The notes under the pieces are model-generated. The model worked only from the letters and a program-made list of their open reading frames with translations. It did no database searches and had not been told where the DNA came from. The position numbers were made by a program, and so were the translations under genes. From Chiloscyllium plagiosum (lineage: Eukaryota), in contig NC_057754.1 of assembly GCF_004010195.1 (NCBI RefSeq), positions 2,004,306 through 2,068,305 of the forward strand: a stretch of DNA of 64,000 nt. The letters are read 5' to 3'. The first letter of the stretch is position 1, and every line of letters starts with the position of its first letter. Shown in pieces: positions 52,408-64,000 of this stretch.

Positions 52408-52775
52408 GTAGATGGTGTAGTGGTCATGCCAATGAACTGTAATCCAGATGTTGTGATTCATGGTCTGGGGAAATGGGTTCAGATCCCACCACAGCAGCTG
52501 GTGGACTATTACTCAATTAATCCATGTCGCACAGTTTCAATAACGCTGACCATAAAATCATTACTGGCTGTTGCAGAACCCCATCTCTTTTAGGGAGGAA
52601 AATTTGTCTTCCTTAACCAGACTGGCCTACATGTGACTGCCGGCTCACCACAATGTGGTCGACTCTTACCTGGCATATGAAAATGGCTATGCCACTCACT
52701 CAGTTCAAGGGTAATTAGGAATGGAGAAAAATTGCTGGCCTTGCCATTGAAGCACTCATCCCAAAATATTTTTAA
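52408..52775 (+). mobile_element. tRNA-derived SINE family B, full length
   Basis: A box tggtgtagtgg, B box gggttcagatccc, core ggcctacatgtgact, tail caagggtaattagg. Confidence 0.8.
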
Positions 52776-53713
52776 AATGCCCTCAGAAATAGCTGAGCAA
52801 GCAACTCCGTTTAAGAGCAATTATGGATGGGGGAAAAATGCCAACTTTGACAGTGACTACTATATTCCACGAAGTAACAAAGAACAAGTGATTTGGTCAT
52901 TATAAGTAGTGTGGAATGTAAGATGAGACTTTTTGACTATGTCATAGTAATTTCTTTCCCCAATATCAGAGGATCTCAAAGTCTCGAGGAGCGCATTTAT
53001 ATCAGTGGTGTACCTTGATGTACACTAGGCATAGTATAATGACATCTTAGCTTCACTCATCTTTCACTGTGAGGACAAATACTTCTTTAGTGCCCCTGGA
53101 AACTCAACAAAATCAGTGTCAGGCACCTCTGCAGCAGGGCCTGTAAAAGAAAAATGATTGCCTTCCCTCCCTCCTCATTCTCTTCAAAGGTGTAATTTCT
53201 CAGGAAATTTTGAGCAGCACATCTCAAAGTCAAGGTACAGATGCAAGCCAGTAAAAAGGCAAATTTCCTGATGCCAGTAAGTTCTTCACAGAACAATCAA
53301 AGTATAAAAGGGAGGCATAAAATCCTGATAATTGAAGATACAGCTGGTGGGGTTTGGGGATTATCAATGAATGGTTGAATGAGGATGGATTAAATTACTT
53401 TCTTCATTCATATGTATCACATTAATAGGCTGGACATGACTCAGTAACAATTTCAATATTGGGATTTGAAGAGGAGCTAGAATAACTTCAGAAAGTAACT
53501 GAAGGAAATCTATCTTATTCACTGAGTTATGTGAGGTGGAAGAGAAACGTTCATATTTTAACTCATAGCAAGTCCTGTTATCTTGTCACTCCCATGTTTG
53601 CTTCCCATACTGGCTCCCGGTCAAGCAATATCTTGATTTTAAAAATTTTATTTCAAGTCACTCCATGGCTTCGCCGCTCAATGTACAGATCCATGATACT
53701 TGAAAGTTATCAG

Positions 53714-53976
53714 AGTCTAGATGAGAGTGGTGCTGGAAAAGCACAGCAGGTCAGGCAGCATCCGAGGAGCAGGAAAATCGACATTTCGGACAAAAGCCCT
53801 TTTGTCAGGAATGGAGGCAGGGTATCTCCACAACTCCCTGCCTCCATTCCTGATGAAGGGCTTTTGCTCAAAACATCGATTTTCCTGCTCTTTGGATGCT
53901 GCCTGACCTGCTTGCTTTTCCAGCACCACTCTAATCTAGACTCTGGTTTCCAGCATCTGCAGTCCTCACTTTTGCC
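53714..53976. mobile_element. Penelope-derived palindromic element (family A)
   Basis: Long inverted arms; CTGATGA-A-GGGC-TTTT-GCTC-AAAA at 53850; 16-bp TSD act(t/g)gaaagttatcag at 53698-53713 and 53977-53992. Confidence 0.88.
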
Positions 53977-54009
53977 ACTGGAAAGTTATCAGCCTAAGAC
54001 TCCTCTGTC

Positions 54010-55480
54010 CCATCCAGTAGTTCGATTCAATTAAGTCACGAGGTAACAAATGGTTTGGTGACTGTTGGAATGTGGATTACAGAAGCAGAACATCAGATTA
54101 ACATAAAGTATGTTAATCTTTACACCACTGCATTGAGCAACACCATTACCCAATGGACTTGTCCAAAGTGGCTCACCCATTGGTCCAAAAATAAGGCTGA
54201 GGCTATCATACTGATGGCATCATACTTGTGCTAAGAGGACAGCTTGGACCAGTCACCTTCAATAAACCAAAATGGATTTGTAAGCTGGATCATTGATCGT
54301 AGAACATATCTGAGAGGAGTACACCAATGTGTTTATAGGATGAAGTCTTTGTGGAGGATATCATCTCAAAGTCGCTGAGTGTAAGTTCCAATTCAGTATC
54401 TGCTGAGGCAAGTTCCAGCTGCCCTCAATGACACACAAGATTAAAACAGAGTAACCAAGAGGGTGACAATTCCTGCAGAATGGGTTAGTAGCATGGTAAT
54501 AGTGAAAAAAAAGCTGAGAAGCTGAGTATTTGCATCAAGCTAAAGGATCTGAATAAAGCTGACTGGGAGCTCACTACCATTGAAAGCATTTTGCATCAAT
54601 TTACAAAAACAAATATCTTCACTACCCTGGATACAAAGAATAATTCCTGGCAAGTGAAGCTGGTTGAAAGCAGCAGCTCACATATGTAAAAGCAAGGCAG
54701 CAATTTCCTGGTTTCTTCAACTGTCAATTTATAGCCAAGGATATGCCGAGTACTGGGGCATGGGCAGCAAGCAGCGATCGCTAAAATCAAGCAACTAGTG
54801 ACAGTAACTCAGGTGCTGAAATATCTCACAAATGATCAAATCACAGTGCACAGTGATGTCAGTGACTCAGGATGCTGAGCAACCCTCATATTGCAAGGAC
54901 AACCAACTGCATTTGTATCCAGGGCGTGAACAATCTGAATAATGCTATATTTGAATCAAGAAAGAATGCTTGGCTATTGTTTTTGCTTTTGAACATATTC
55001 ATCAGTACCTACTTGAAAGAGACATAATGACAGTTGAGACATAATGCCATCACTACACTACTGTCTACTCCAAAGCATCTTACTCAGTTACAGCACCAGC
55101 GAAGAAATTTGCCACTTCATAAAGGATTGGGGAATTCAACATCATACATCATCTCCACACTCACTGCTGTCAAATAGAAAGGCTGAGGTGGCAGAGAAAA
55201 TTTCAAAACAATCATAAAAAAATAAAGCAAATCCATCACAGGTGGAGAAGCATGCCTACTGCCTGCTGTATCCAAACTACTTTTTCAACAGCCAAAAAGC
55301 TCCTGATGGTAGAAGGTGAGATGGCAGAGAGCCAGACTTCATTTTAACAGGACTACCAAACTATTGCCAGACTTGAGTGTTGGAAAGTCAGTCAAGGTGC
55401 CAATTTTCAATTCTCCAAACAGCCAAGAGAACCTGCACAGTTACTGCCTTTGCTGTTTTGAATTCATGTATCGCTGGACA
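54010..55480 (+). mobile_element. Decayed Gypsy pol relic (second family)
   Basis: PAEWVSSMVIVKK...ICIKLKDLNKA, IFTTLDTK, ECLAIVFAFEHIHQYL (RNase H), WGIQHHTSSP...NRKAE (integrase). Confidence 0.8.
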
Positions 55481-55481
55481 T

Positions 55482-58347
55482 CAGAGTGCGTCGGGGAAAA
55501 CTAATAGACAGTGAAATTCACAACTAACCTTGGAGGAACCTGTTTGGGTGAAGTTCACAGCCCAGAAGCAGATAAGTTAATCGTTGTTTTAAGTGTGTCC
55601 AACAGAGAGGCTGCTGTAGTGAGTAGAGCGGGTTTTTTCTTGATTATATGTTTTTGGAGATATGTCTCTTGATTAAACTTAAAATATAAGCCATAACTGT
55701 TAATTTAACCTGGGGCAGTGTTTTGTAGAGGAATAAGACGGTGTTATTTTCTGTGTCTGTAGATTGTGAAGGAGCAAAAGTGGCCTTTAGTAGAGTGATA
55801 TGTACTTCTTGTCAGATGTGGGAGTTTAAAGAGAGTTTAAGGGTTACTGCAGATTATATCAGCCATAAATGCAGTTGGATACGAATCTTATCAGATCGAG
55901 TGGATCGGTTGGAGAGACACTTAGAAGCAATGAGGAATTTGCAACAGCAACAGTATGTGATGGATGGCAGTTATATGAAGGGGGGGGAAAGTCTCAAATA
56001 CAGTCACATAGATGGGTTAACTCCAGGAAAGGTAAGAGAGGTAGGCAGCTAGTGCAGGAGTCTTTTGTGGATGTGCCCATTTCAAACAGGTATGCTGTTT
56101 TGGAAAATGTAGGGGTGATGGATTCTCAGGGGAACGTAGCACGATTTAGATGGAGAGGAATTTGTTAAGTGTGTACAAGACAATTTTCTGATTCGGTATG
56201 TGAATGTACCTACTAGAGAAGATGCAAAATTTGACCTACTCTTGGGAAATAAGGCAGGGCAGGTGACTGAGGTGTCAGTGGGGGAGCACTTTGGGGCCAG
56301 CGACCATAATTCTATTAGATTTAAAATAGTGATGGAAAAGGATAGATCAGATCTAAAAGTTGAAGTTCTAAATTGGAGAAAGGCCAATTTTGACGGTATT
56401 AGGCATGAACTTTCGAAAGCTGATTGGGGGGAAATGTTCACAGGTAAAGGGACGGCTGGAAAATGGGAAGCCTTCAGAAATGAGATAACGAGAATCCAGA
56501 GAAAGTATATTCCTGTCAGGGTGAAAGGGAAGGCGGGGAGGTATAGGCAATGCTGGATGACTAAAGGTATTGAGGGGTTGGTTAAGAAAAAGAAGGAAGC
56601 ATATGTCAGGTATAGATAGGATAGATCGAGTGAATACTTAGAAGAGTATAAAGGAAGTAGGAGTATACTTAAGTGGGAAATCAGGAGGGCAAAAAGGGGA
56701 CATGCGATACCTTTGGCAAATAGAATTAAGGAAAATCCAAAGGGTTTTTGCAAATACATTAAGGACAAAAGGGTAACTAGGGAGAGAATAGAGCCCTTCA
56801 AAGATCAGCAAGACGGCCTTTGTGTGGAATCGCAGAAAATGGGGGAGATACTAAATGAGTAATTTGCATCAGTATTTACTGTGGAAAAGGATGTGGAAGT
56901 TATAGAGTATAAGGAAATAGATGATGACATCTTGCAAAGTGTCCAGATTACAGAGGAGGAACTGCGGGATGTCTTGAAATGGTTAAAGGTGGATAAATCC
57001 CCAGGGCCTGATCAGGTGTACCTGAAAACTCTGTGGGAAGCTAGAGAAGTGATTGCTGGGCCCCTTGCTGAGATATTTGTATCATTGATAGTCACAGGTG
57101 AGGTTCAGAAGACTGGAGGTTGGCAAATATGGTGCCATTATTTAAGAAGAGTGGTAAGGACAAGCCAGGGAACTATAGACCGGTGAGCCTGACCTCGGTG
57201 GTGGGCAAGTTGTTGGAGGAAATCCTGAGGGACAGGATGTACATGTATTTGGGAAGGCAAGGACTGATTAGGGATAGTCAACATGGCTTTGTGCATGGGA
57301 AATCATGTCTCACAAACTTGATTGAGTTTTTTGAAGAAGTATCAAAGAAGATTGATGAGGGCAGAGCTGTAGATGTGATCTGCATGGACTTCAGTAAGGC
57401 GTTCGACAAGGTTCCCCATGGGAGACTGATTAGCAAGGTTAGACCTCATGGAATACAGGGAGAACTAGCCATTCAGATACAGAACTTGCTCAAAGGTAGA
57501 AATCAGAGGGTGGTGGTGGAAGGTTGTTTTTCAGACTGGAGGCCTGTGACCAGTGGAGTGCCACTAGGATCTGTGTGGATGCTGGGTCCTCTACTTTTTG
57601 TCATTTACATAAATGATTTGGATGCGAGCATAAGAGATACAGTTAGTAAGTTTGCAGATGACACCAAAATTGGAGGTGTAATGGACAGCGAAGAGGGTTA
57701 CCTCAGATTACAACAGGATCTTGACCAGATGGGCCAATGGGCTGAGAAGTGGCAGATGGAGTTTAATTTAGATAAATGCGAGGTGCTGCATTTTGGGAAA
57801 GCAAATCAGAGCAGGACTTATACACTTAATGGGAAGGTCCTGGGGAGTGTTGCTGAACAAAGAGATCTTGGAGTGCAGGTTCATAGCTCCTTGAAAGTGG
57901 AGTGACAGGTCAATAGGATAGTGAAGAAGGCGTTTGGTAAGCTTTCTTTTATTGGTCAGAGTATTGAGTACAGGAGTTGGGAGATAATGTTGCGGCTGTA
58001 CAGGATGTTGGTTAGGCCACTGTTGGAATATTGTGTGCAATTCTGGTCTCCTTCCTATCGGAAAGATATTGTGAAACTTGAAAGGGTTCAGAAACGATTT
58101 GCAAGGATGTTGCCAGGTTTGGAGGATTTGAGCTACAGGGAGAGGCTGAACAAGCTGTTTTCCCTGGAGCATCAGAGGCTGAGGGGTGACCATATAGAGG
58201 TTTACAAAATTAGGAGGGGCATGGCTAGGGTAAATAGACAAAGTCTTTTCTCTGGGGTCGGGGAGTCCAGAACTAGAGGGCATAGGTTTAGGGTGAGAGG
58301 GGAAAGCCACAAAAGAGACCTAAGGGGCAACTATTTCACGCAGAGGG
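55482..58347 (+). mobile_element. CR1 LINE with 5'UTR, ORF1 N-terminus, internal deletion near 56143 and most of ORF2; 3'UTR missing
   Basis: ORF1 zinc finger/leucine zipper VICTSCQMWE...DRVDRLERHL and PISNRYAVL; ORF2 NYRPVSLTS, QHGF, DFSKAFDKVPH, KFADDTK. Confidence 0.95.
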
Positions 58348-58404
58348 ATAGAAATATGATCTGGAATAATGTGCTTCTTGGCTTCCTGTGGTTGTTTTTT
58401 AAAA

Positions 58405-58740
58405 ATTTAATTAATTCATGGGATTTATTGCCATGCCCAGCATTTATTGCCCATCCCTAATTACCCAGAAGACAGTTAAGGGTCAACCACATTGTTGTGG
58501 GTCTGGAGTCACATGTAGGCCAGACCAGGTAAGGATGGCAGTTTCCTTCCTTAAAGGACACTAGTGACCCAGATGGGTTTTTCTAACAATGGATTCAAGG
58601 TCAACATTAGACTCTTAATTCCAGACATTTATTGAATTCAAATTCCTGCCATGACAGGATTTGAACCCAGGGCCACAGAACATAACCTGGATCACTGGAT
58701 TAACAGTCTAACAATAATGCAACTAGACCACTACCTCCCC
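58405..58740 (-). mobile_element. tRNA-derived SINE family B
   Basis: gagtcacatgtaggccagacc core; ggatttgaaccc B box. Confidence 0.85.
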
Positions 58741-58794
58741 CTCTAGTGTCCTTCAGTGTCTCTAGTTTGAGACACTGAACAGGGGCTATCATTA

Positions 58795-60075
58795 GTGTCC
58801 ACTATTGAGGATGAGATTGCTGCATATGTGGAAGTGTGTGGTAAAACAGGGCCGAGTCAGTACAGCTTTGTCAATACCTGACACATCAGTTAGAATTCTT
58901 TGAGGAGACAATTAGCAAATTAGACATACGAGAGTCAGTGAATGTGATCTGTTTGGATTTTTAGAAGGTCTTTGACAAGTTGCAACACAGGAAACTGCTA
59001 AATATGATAAGAGACCGTGATATTAGAGGCAAGGTAATAACATGGCTGGAGAATTAGTTTTCTGACAGAAGGCAGAGAGTGGGGATAAAGGAGTCTTTTT
59101 CAGGATGTCAGCTGGTGACCAGTGGAGTTCTGCAAGGTTCTGTGTTGGAACCAGAACTATTCACATTATGCATTAATGATCTGGATGAAGGAACTGAGGG
59201 CATTGTGTCTTCTGAAAACTCAGCAACAATGATAGAGAAAATGTTGTGGAAGCAGGGAAGCTGCAGAAGACTTAGAAAGACAAGAAGAGTGGGCAAAGAA
59301 GTGGCAGATGGCGTTCAATGTGGGAAAGTATGAGGTTATGCACTTTGGTAGGAAGAATAGAGGTATAGGCTCTTTTCTAAATGGGGATTGGCTTCAGAAA
59401 TCTGAAGCCTTCGGAACTTAAGAGTGTTAATTCAGGATTCATTTAACGTTTACATGCAGGTTCAGTTGTCAGTTAGAGCAAATGCAATATCAGCATTCAT
59501 TTTGAGGTGCTAAAATACAAGAGCTGGAATCTACTGCTGAGGCAGACCACATTTGGTATATTGTGAGCAGTTTTGGGTCCCATAACCAAGGAAAGATGTG
59601 CTGGAGTTGGAGAGGGTCCAGAGGAGGTTTACAAAAATGATCCTGGGACTGAAATGCTTGTCATTATGAGGAGTGGTTGAAGACTCTGGGACTATACTCA
59701 ATGGAGTTTAGAAGGCTGGGGGGACTCTCTTCGAAACATACAGAATACTGAGTGGCTTAGATAGAGTAGACATAGAGAGGTTTCTCCTAGTAGAAGACAC
59801 TAGGACTCACTGGCATACCCTCAGAACTGAGATGAAAAGGAATTTCTTCAGCCAGTGGGTGGTGAATATGTAGGACTCATTACCGCCGAGGGTTGTGGAT
59901 GCCAAGTCATTTGAGTGTATTTAAGACTGAGACAAGTTCTTGATTAGTAAGGGGATCAAGGATAATGGGGAGAAGGCAGGAGAATGGGGTTGAAAAGCAC
60001 ATTAGCCATGATGCAGTGGCAGAGCAGACTCTAGCAGCTGAATAGCCAAATTTTGTTCCTGTATGTTATGGTCAT
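58795..60075 (+). mobile_element. Older CR1 LINE, RT to 3' end
   Basis: LVTSGVLQGSVLEPELFTLCINDLDEG, LERVQRRFTKMI, 3'UTR. Confidence 0.88.
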
Positions 60076-61314
60076 CTTGCTGCCAATTTTCAATAAAGTC
60101 ACAGTATATAAGCTAGACTATTGTCTTGAGAGCTTGTGACATTGACCAAGTCTGACTTAATGTTTCCTCATGTGATTTGTTGTCATACTTTGTTTTAAAA
60201 TGACCCTGTGAAATGTCTTGGGATATTTCATTACATTAAAGTGCTTTGTAAATGTAGGTTGTTGTGAAATGTCTGAAGTTATCTGTGGCATTTGAAAGGT
60301 ATGTGGGGGTGGGGGGAGAGGTGAGGAGGGTGCAGTGAAGCATAGTAACTCTACTGACAAGCCCCTGAGTGACATGTTTCAGTTCAGCTTGGTTGGAATA
60401 GAGTTCGAGTTGAATTTTTCTGTCTTGACCTTGAAATTGGGTATGTATTTTATAAACCTACTCAAGATTAGCAGTAAGATTTGAAGCCTGATTTATGAAT
60501 TTTACTGGCTGTCTTCCTTTGTCAGCCTACTTCATACCATTAACCTCCAGAAGCTGTTGAAGTCAACAATGTGACTAAGTGCATTTGTGCATGTCAATAC
60601 AGCATTGATTTACCTGAGGTTGTCTTAAGACTTCAGGTTTCTTAGAAAACCTCTCAGTTCCAGCTGTAAAAGATTAGGAATTGTCAGTAACAACATCCAG
60701 GAAATACGTTCTGTGTGCCAATCTTTGTGAACCCATGCAAGATTTATTATGCACAAATATAAATTTGACATAATCTTTAGTTTAAACCAGTGAATTATGA
60801 AGATTATTTCTGTGAAAGAGAAAGACACTTCCACACAAGAGACCTTCTATTTGATTTTGTGAGCAAGAGAAAGAAAAAAACAGAGACATCTGTATTTATA
60901 CATCAGAGAGATTATCTGTAACATCAAAATGGCCCCTATGCATGGGCAGACATGATTCGTGGTCAGCTGGACATGACAGGCAACAGGGAGCCTCTGTACA
61001 CACATGCACTGCTGACATCATTGGGAGGGGGAGGTGGAGTTGGAGGCTGATGAAGCAGAGTTTCTTCTTCCCATTGGCGTCAGCTGTTATTCATTCACTG
61101 CGGCCACCCAGCCATCTCCAGTCACCCCAGCACCCAGAGAGAGGCCCTTCCTGGAGTGAGGAGCCTATGCCAGCAGGCCAGGGCTTTCACGGCTGTCCCC
61201 TCCCTTCCACCACACCACCCTCACTCAGATTCCAACATTCCCGATAATGATGTAAGCTGGCCATGACATTGTGTACCTGTTTTTCATTGCTTCACTTCAT
61301 AGTAGCGTTCACAA

Positions 61315-61760
61315 TAAGTGCAGCCTTTATACATGACCTTTCATGATATCCCATAGCACTTTACAACCAATGAAATCCTTTTAAAGTGTTCTATTTGTAG
61401 TTATTCTGAGTTTTGACAGGCAGTTTTCCCTGAGAAAACTTTTACAAACTGCAAAATAATAATGGTCAAACAATTTGTTGTTTGGTGATTTGGATTACTG
61501 CATTTATTATTAAAAATTAGCCAAGTCACGAGGGGTTAATTCTCTGCTGTCTTAGAAACAGTAGAATGGAAACCTTTGTATCCACCTAAGAGTGCAGGTA
61601 GGATATCGCTTTAAAGACTTATCTGAAAGATGGTAGCTCCGACAGTGCAGCACCGTCTTGATTCTCTGTTGGTGTGTCAGGTTTTTGTGCACAAGTCTCT
61701 GGAGAAACCTGGGCCCACAACTCTCAGACTCAAAGACCAACCAGAAAGCTGCCAACTGAC
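61315..61760 (-). mobile_element. Deu-domain SINE (SacSINE1-like)
   Basis: catagcactttacaaccaatgaa...tccacctaagagtgcag...atctgaaagatggtagctccgacagtgcagcac. Confidence 0.8.
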
Positions 61761-63262
61761 ATCAAAATACATCTCCACCAGGAACATCCATATTTAAGAA
61801 CAAACACTGCAGATCCATGCATTCATGAGCAGTAGTAATTGACGCAATGCTTATACGTAAAATATTGATAGCTTAAAATAGTAGAAATCTTTTTCACTTC
61901 ATCCAGGTGTGAAAATGTCGTTCATATAACTCACAAAATCAGTAAGTCAAATTCTCAATCCTGTCTTATTTCTTTGCACATCTGTCTGGAAAATGAAACA
62001 TACTTGGGTAACTTGAAATGAGGAATAACAGACATTTACCATGTGCTTCCTGGTTCTTTCTGTTTTTATCAGGCTTTTCTGCACCTTTGGGAAATCAGCA
62101 AGTAAACAGTATTGTTACTCTATTAGTTCTATGACTACAGTATCTCTAAAAGGATTATAAAGGAAATCCTGGTGAATGTAGATCAAAGAGACCCCAGGCT
62201 CGGAGGAGCTGCTATTTAGAGCAAAGGAGTTGGTCCAGGAAGGGAATAATTGAAAGTTTAGGAATTTGTAGCACAGCCCAGTTCCTGTTGGCTAATTTAA
62301 AAAAAAAGTGGCTAAATAATGGCACTACCCAGTGTGTCACTAATCCCCACAGATGAATGGGGTTCCTAGTCTAATTGCCCATGTGTGCTGAGTTAATAGA
62401 TCTTAGATCAGGCACTACAATTGTCCTCAGTAACATCTGGGGTAAAGTAGAAAGATTACAAGATCAGCAGCTTTTCTGACATGCAGCTGTTTGAAATACG
62501 CTGCTTTTGTTTCTTTTCCCTCGTAGGGTCCACTCTGCACTCCAGTACCAGCAAACATTGTTTAATAGTACTTCAGTACTGTGTGCAGTTGTAGTGGCTG
62601 TGGTTTAAAAAACCATTCAGTTTCTAAAGAAGGGTGTCAATCAGAGTGATGAAGCTGGACCCCAGCATTAAAGAGATGAACTTTGAGAAAAAAATGAGAT
62701 AAGCTAAATGCCTTCAGCTTCAAAAAGTGTCTTCTAACAGAGGCAATTTTAGTGCAAACACAGAACTTTCAGATATGCAAACAGGATCAAGGCAAGTTGA
62801 GGACAGAGACCAAGAGAAATTTAGGGTGTAGGTTTGCTCGCTGAGCTGTAGGTTTGATATCCAGACGTTTCCTTACCTGGCTAGCCTCCAAGTGAAGCGA
62901 AGCTGTTGTCTCCTGCTTTCTATTTATATGTTTGTCCTGGTTGGGGTTCTTGGGGTTTGTGGTGATGTCATTTCCTATTCGTTTTCTGAGGGGTTAATAG
63001 ATGGTATCTAGATCTATGTGTTTGTTTATGGCGTTGTGGTTGGAGTGCCAGGCCTCTAGGAATTCTCTGGCATGTCTTTGCTTGGCCTGTCCCAGGATAG
63101 ATGTGTTGTCCCAGTCGAAATGGTGTTTTTTTTTCATCCATGTGTAGGGCTACAAGGGAGAGAGGGTCGTGTCTTTTTGTGGCTAGCTGGTGTTCGTGTA
63201 TCCTGGTGGCTAACTTTCTTTCTGTTTGTCCTACGTAGTTTTTGTGGCATTCCTTGCATGGA

Positions 63263-63396
63263 GGAGAAAGTGAGGTCTGCAGATGCTGGAGATCAAAGTT
63301 GAAACTTTATTGCTGGAACAGCACAGCAGGTCAGGCAGCATCCAGGGAACAGGAGATTCGACGTTTCGGGCACAGGCCCTTCTTCAGGGCCTGACC
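63263..63396 (-). mobile_element. Family A short element inserted in the Penelope GIY-YIG domain
   Basis: 8-bp TSD tgcatgga at 63255-63262 and 63397-63404. Confidence 0.88.
63360..63387 (-). ncRNA. Minimal hammerhead ribozyme core (Penelope-type)
   Basis: CTGAAGA-A-GGGC-CTGT-GCCC-GAAA-CG-TC; stem I is truncated. Confidence 0.7.
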
Positions 63397-64000
63397 TGCA
63401 TGGAATTTTGTAGATGACGTTGGTTTTGTCCATGGATTGTACTGGGTCTTTTAAGTTTGTTAGTTTTTGTTTGAGAGTATTGGTGGGTTTGTGTGCTACT
63501 AGGATTCTGAGGGGTCTTAGTAATCTGGCTGTCATTTCTGAGACTTCTTTGATGTATGGTAAGGTGGTTAGGGTTTCTGGCTGTGTTAGGTCTGCTAATC
63601 GTGGTTTGTTCTTGAGGAATCTGCGGACTGTATTTTTTCAGTATCTGTTCTTCTTGAATACGTTGTATAGGTGGTTCTCCTCTGTTTTCCGAAGTTCGTC
63701 TGTGCTGCAGTGTGTGGTGGCTCGTTGGAATAGTGTTCTGAAACAGCTTTGTTTGTGTGTATTGGGATGGTTGCTAGTGTAGTTAAGTATTTGGTCAGTG
63801 TTTGTCGGTTTTCTGTATACGCAGGTTTGTAGTTCTCCGTTGTCCTTTCTTTCGACTGTGACGTCCAGGAATGCGAGTTTGTTGTCAGTTTCTTCCTCCT
63901 TGGTGAACTTTATGCCTGTGAGGGTGTTGTTGATGATGTTAAATGTCTCTTCTATCTTGTTTCGTTTTGTGTTGGCAAAGGTGTCATCTACGTAGCGGAC

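Larger units (their letters stand above)
62826..64000 (-). mobile_element. Penelope-like retroelement: RT C-terminus, GIY-YIG endonuclease and pLTR remnant; continues beyond the window
   Basis: Minus strand VRYVDDTF...FTKEEE...LAFLDV...VYRKPT...LPYI...VIYKIPC/KECHKNYVGQT...RIHEH...REFLEAWH; at least one in-frame stop near 63638. Confidence 0.95.

Noticed and set aside
57120..57905. 261-aa RT ORF as a domesticated or active gene
   Set aside because: It is part of a CR1 copy with stops, frameshifts and deletions on both sides.
60942..61247. GC-richer 101-aa ORF
   Set aside because: No recognisable motif or exon boundaries; more likely a repeat fragment.
1..64000. Nested FLRT gene expected in a MACROD intron
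   Set aside because: No long single-exon LRR/FN3 ORF appears on either strand in this window.

Overview
This is eukaryotic, repeat-dense vertebrate DNA. The repeat inventory (HE1/V-SINEs, Deu-domain SacSINE1-like SINEs, abundant CR1 LINEs, Penelope-like elements) points to a cartilaginous fish, most likely a shark (inference). The only host coding sequence I can support is one 117-bp internal exon at 36421-36537 (+), encoding part of a MacroD-type ADP-ribosylhydrolase (MACROD1/MACROD2 family). The rest of the window therefore looks like two very large introns. These contain CR1, L2, Rex1/Babar and Tx1 LINE fragments, a full-length but decayed Gypsy element with both LTRs, a Penelope RT/GIY-YIG element, solo LTRs, a MITE, three SINE families and two assembly gaps. 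Three observations stand out. (1) About a dozen short Penelope-derived, often palindromic elements carry minimal hammerhead-ribozyme cores, and one is inserted into the GIY-YIG domain of an autonomous Penelope. (2) Three Tx1 LINE 3' ends sit in tandem inside a solo LTR, each bounded by a similar 14-bp target motif, suggesting sequence-specific insertion. (3) A LINE begins with a tRNA-like SINE head, and a local SINE family looks like its internal-deletion derivative. Repeat boundaries are by eye and approximate unless a target-site duplication (TSD) is cited. Family names come from recognition, not database searches.
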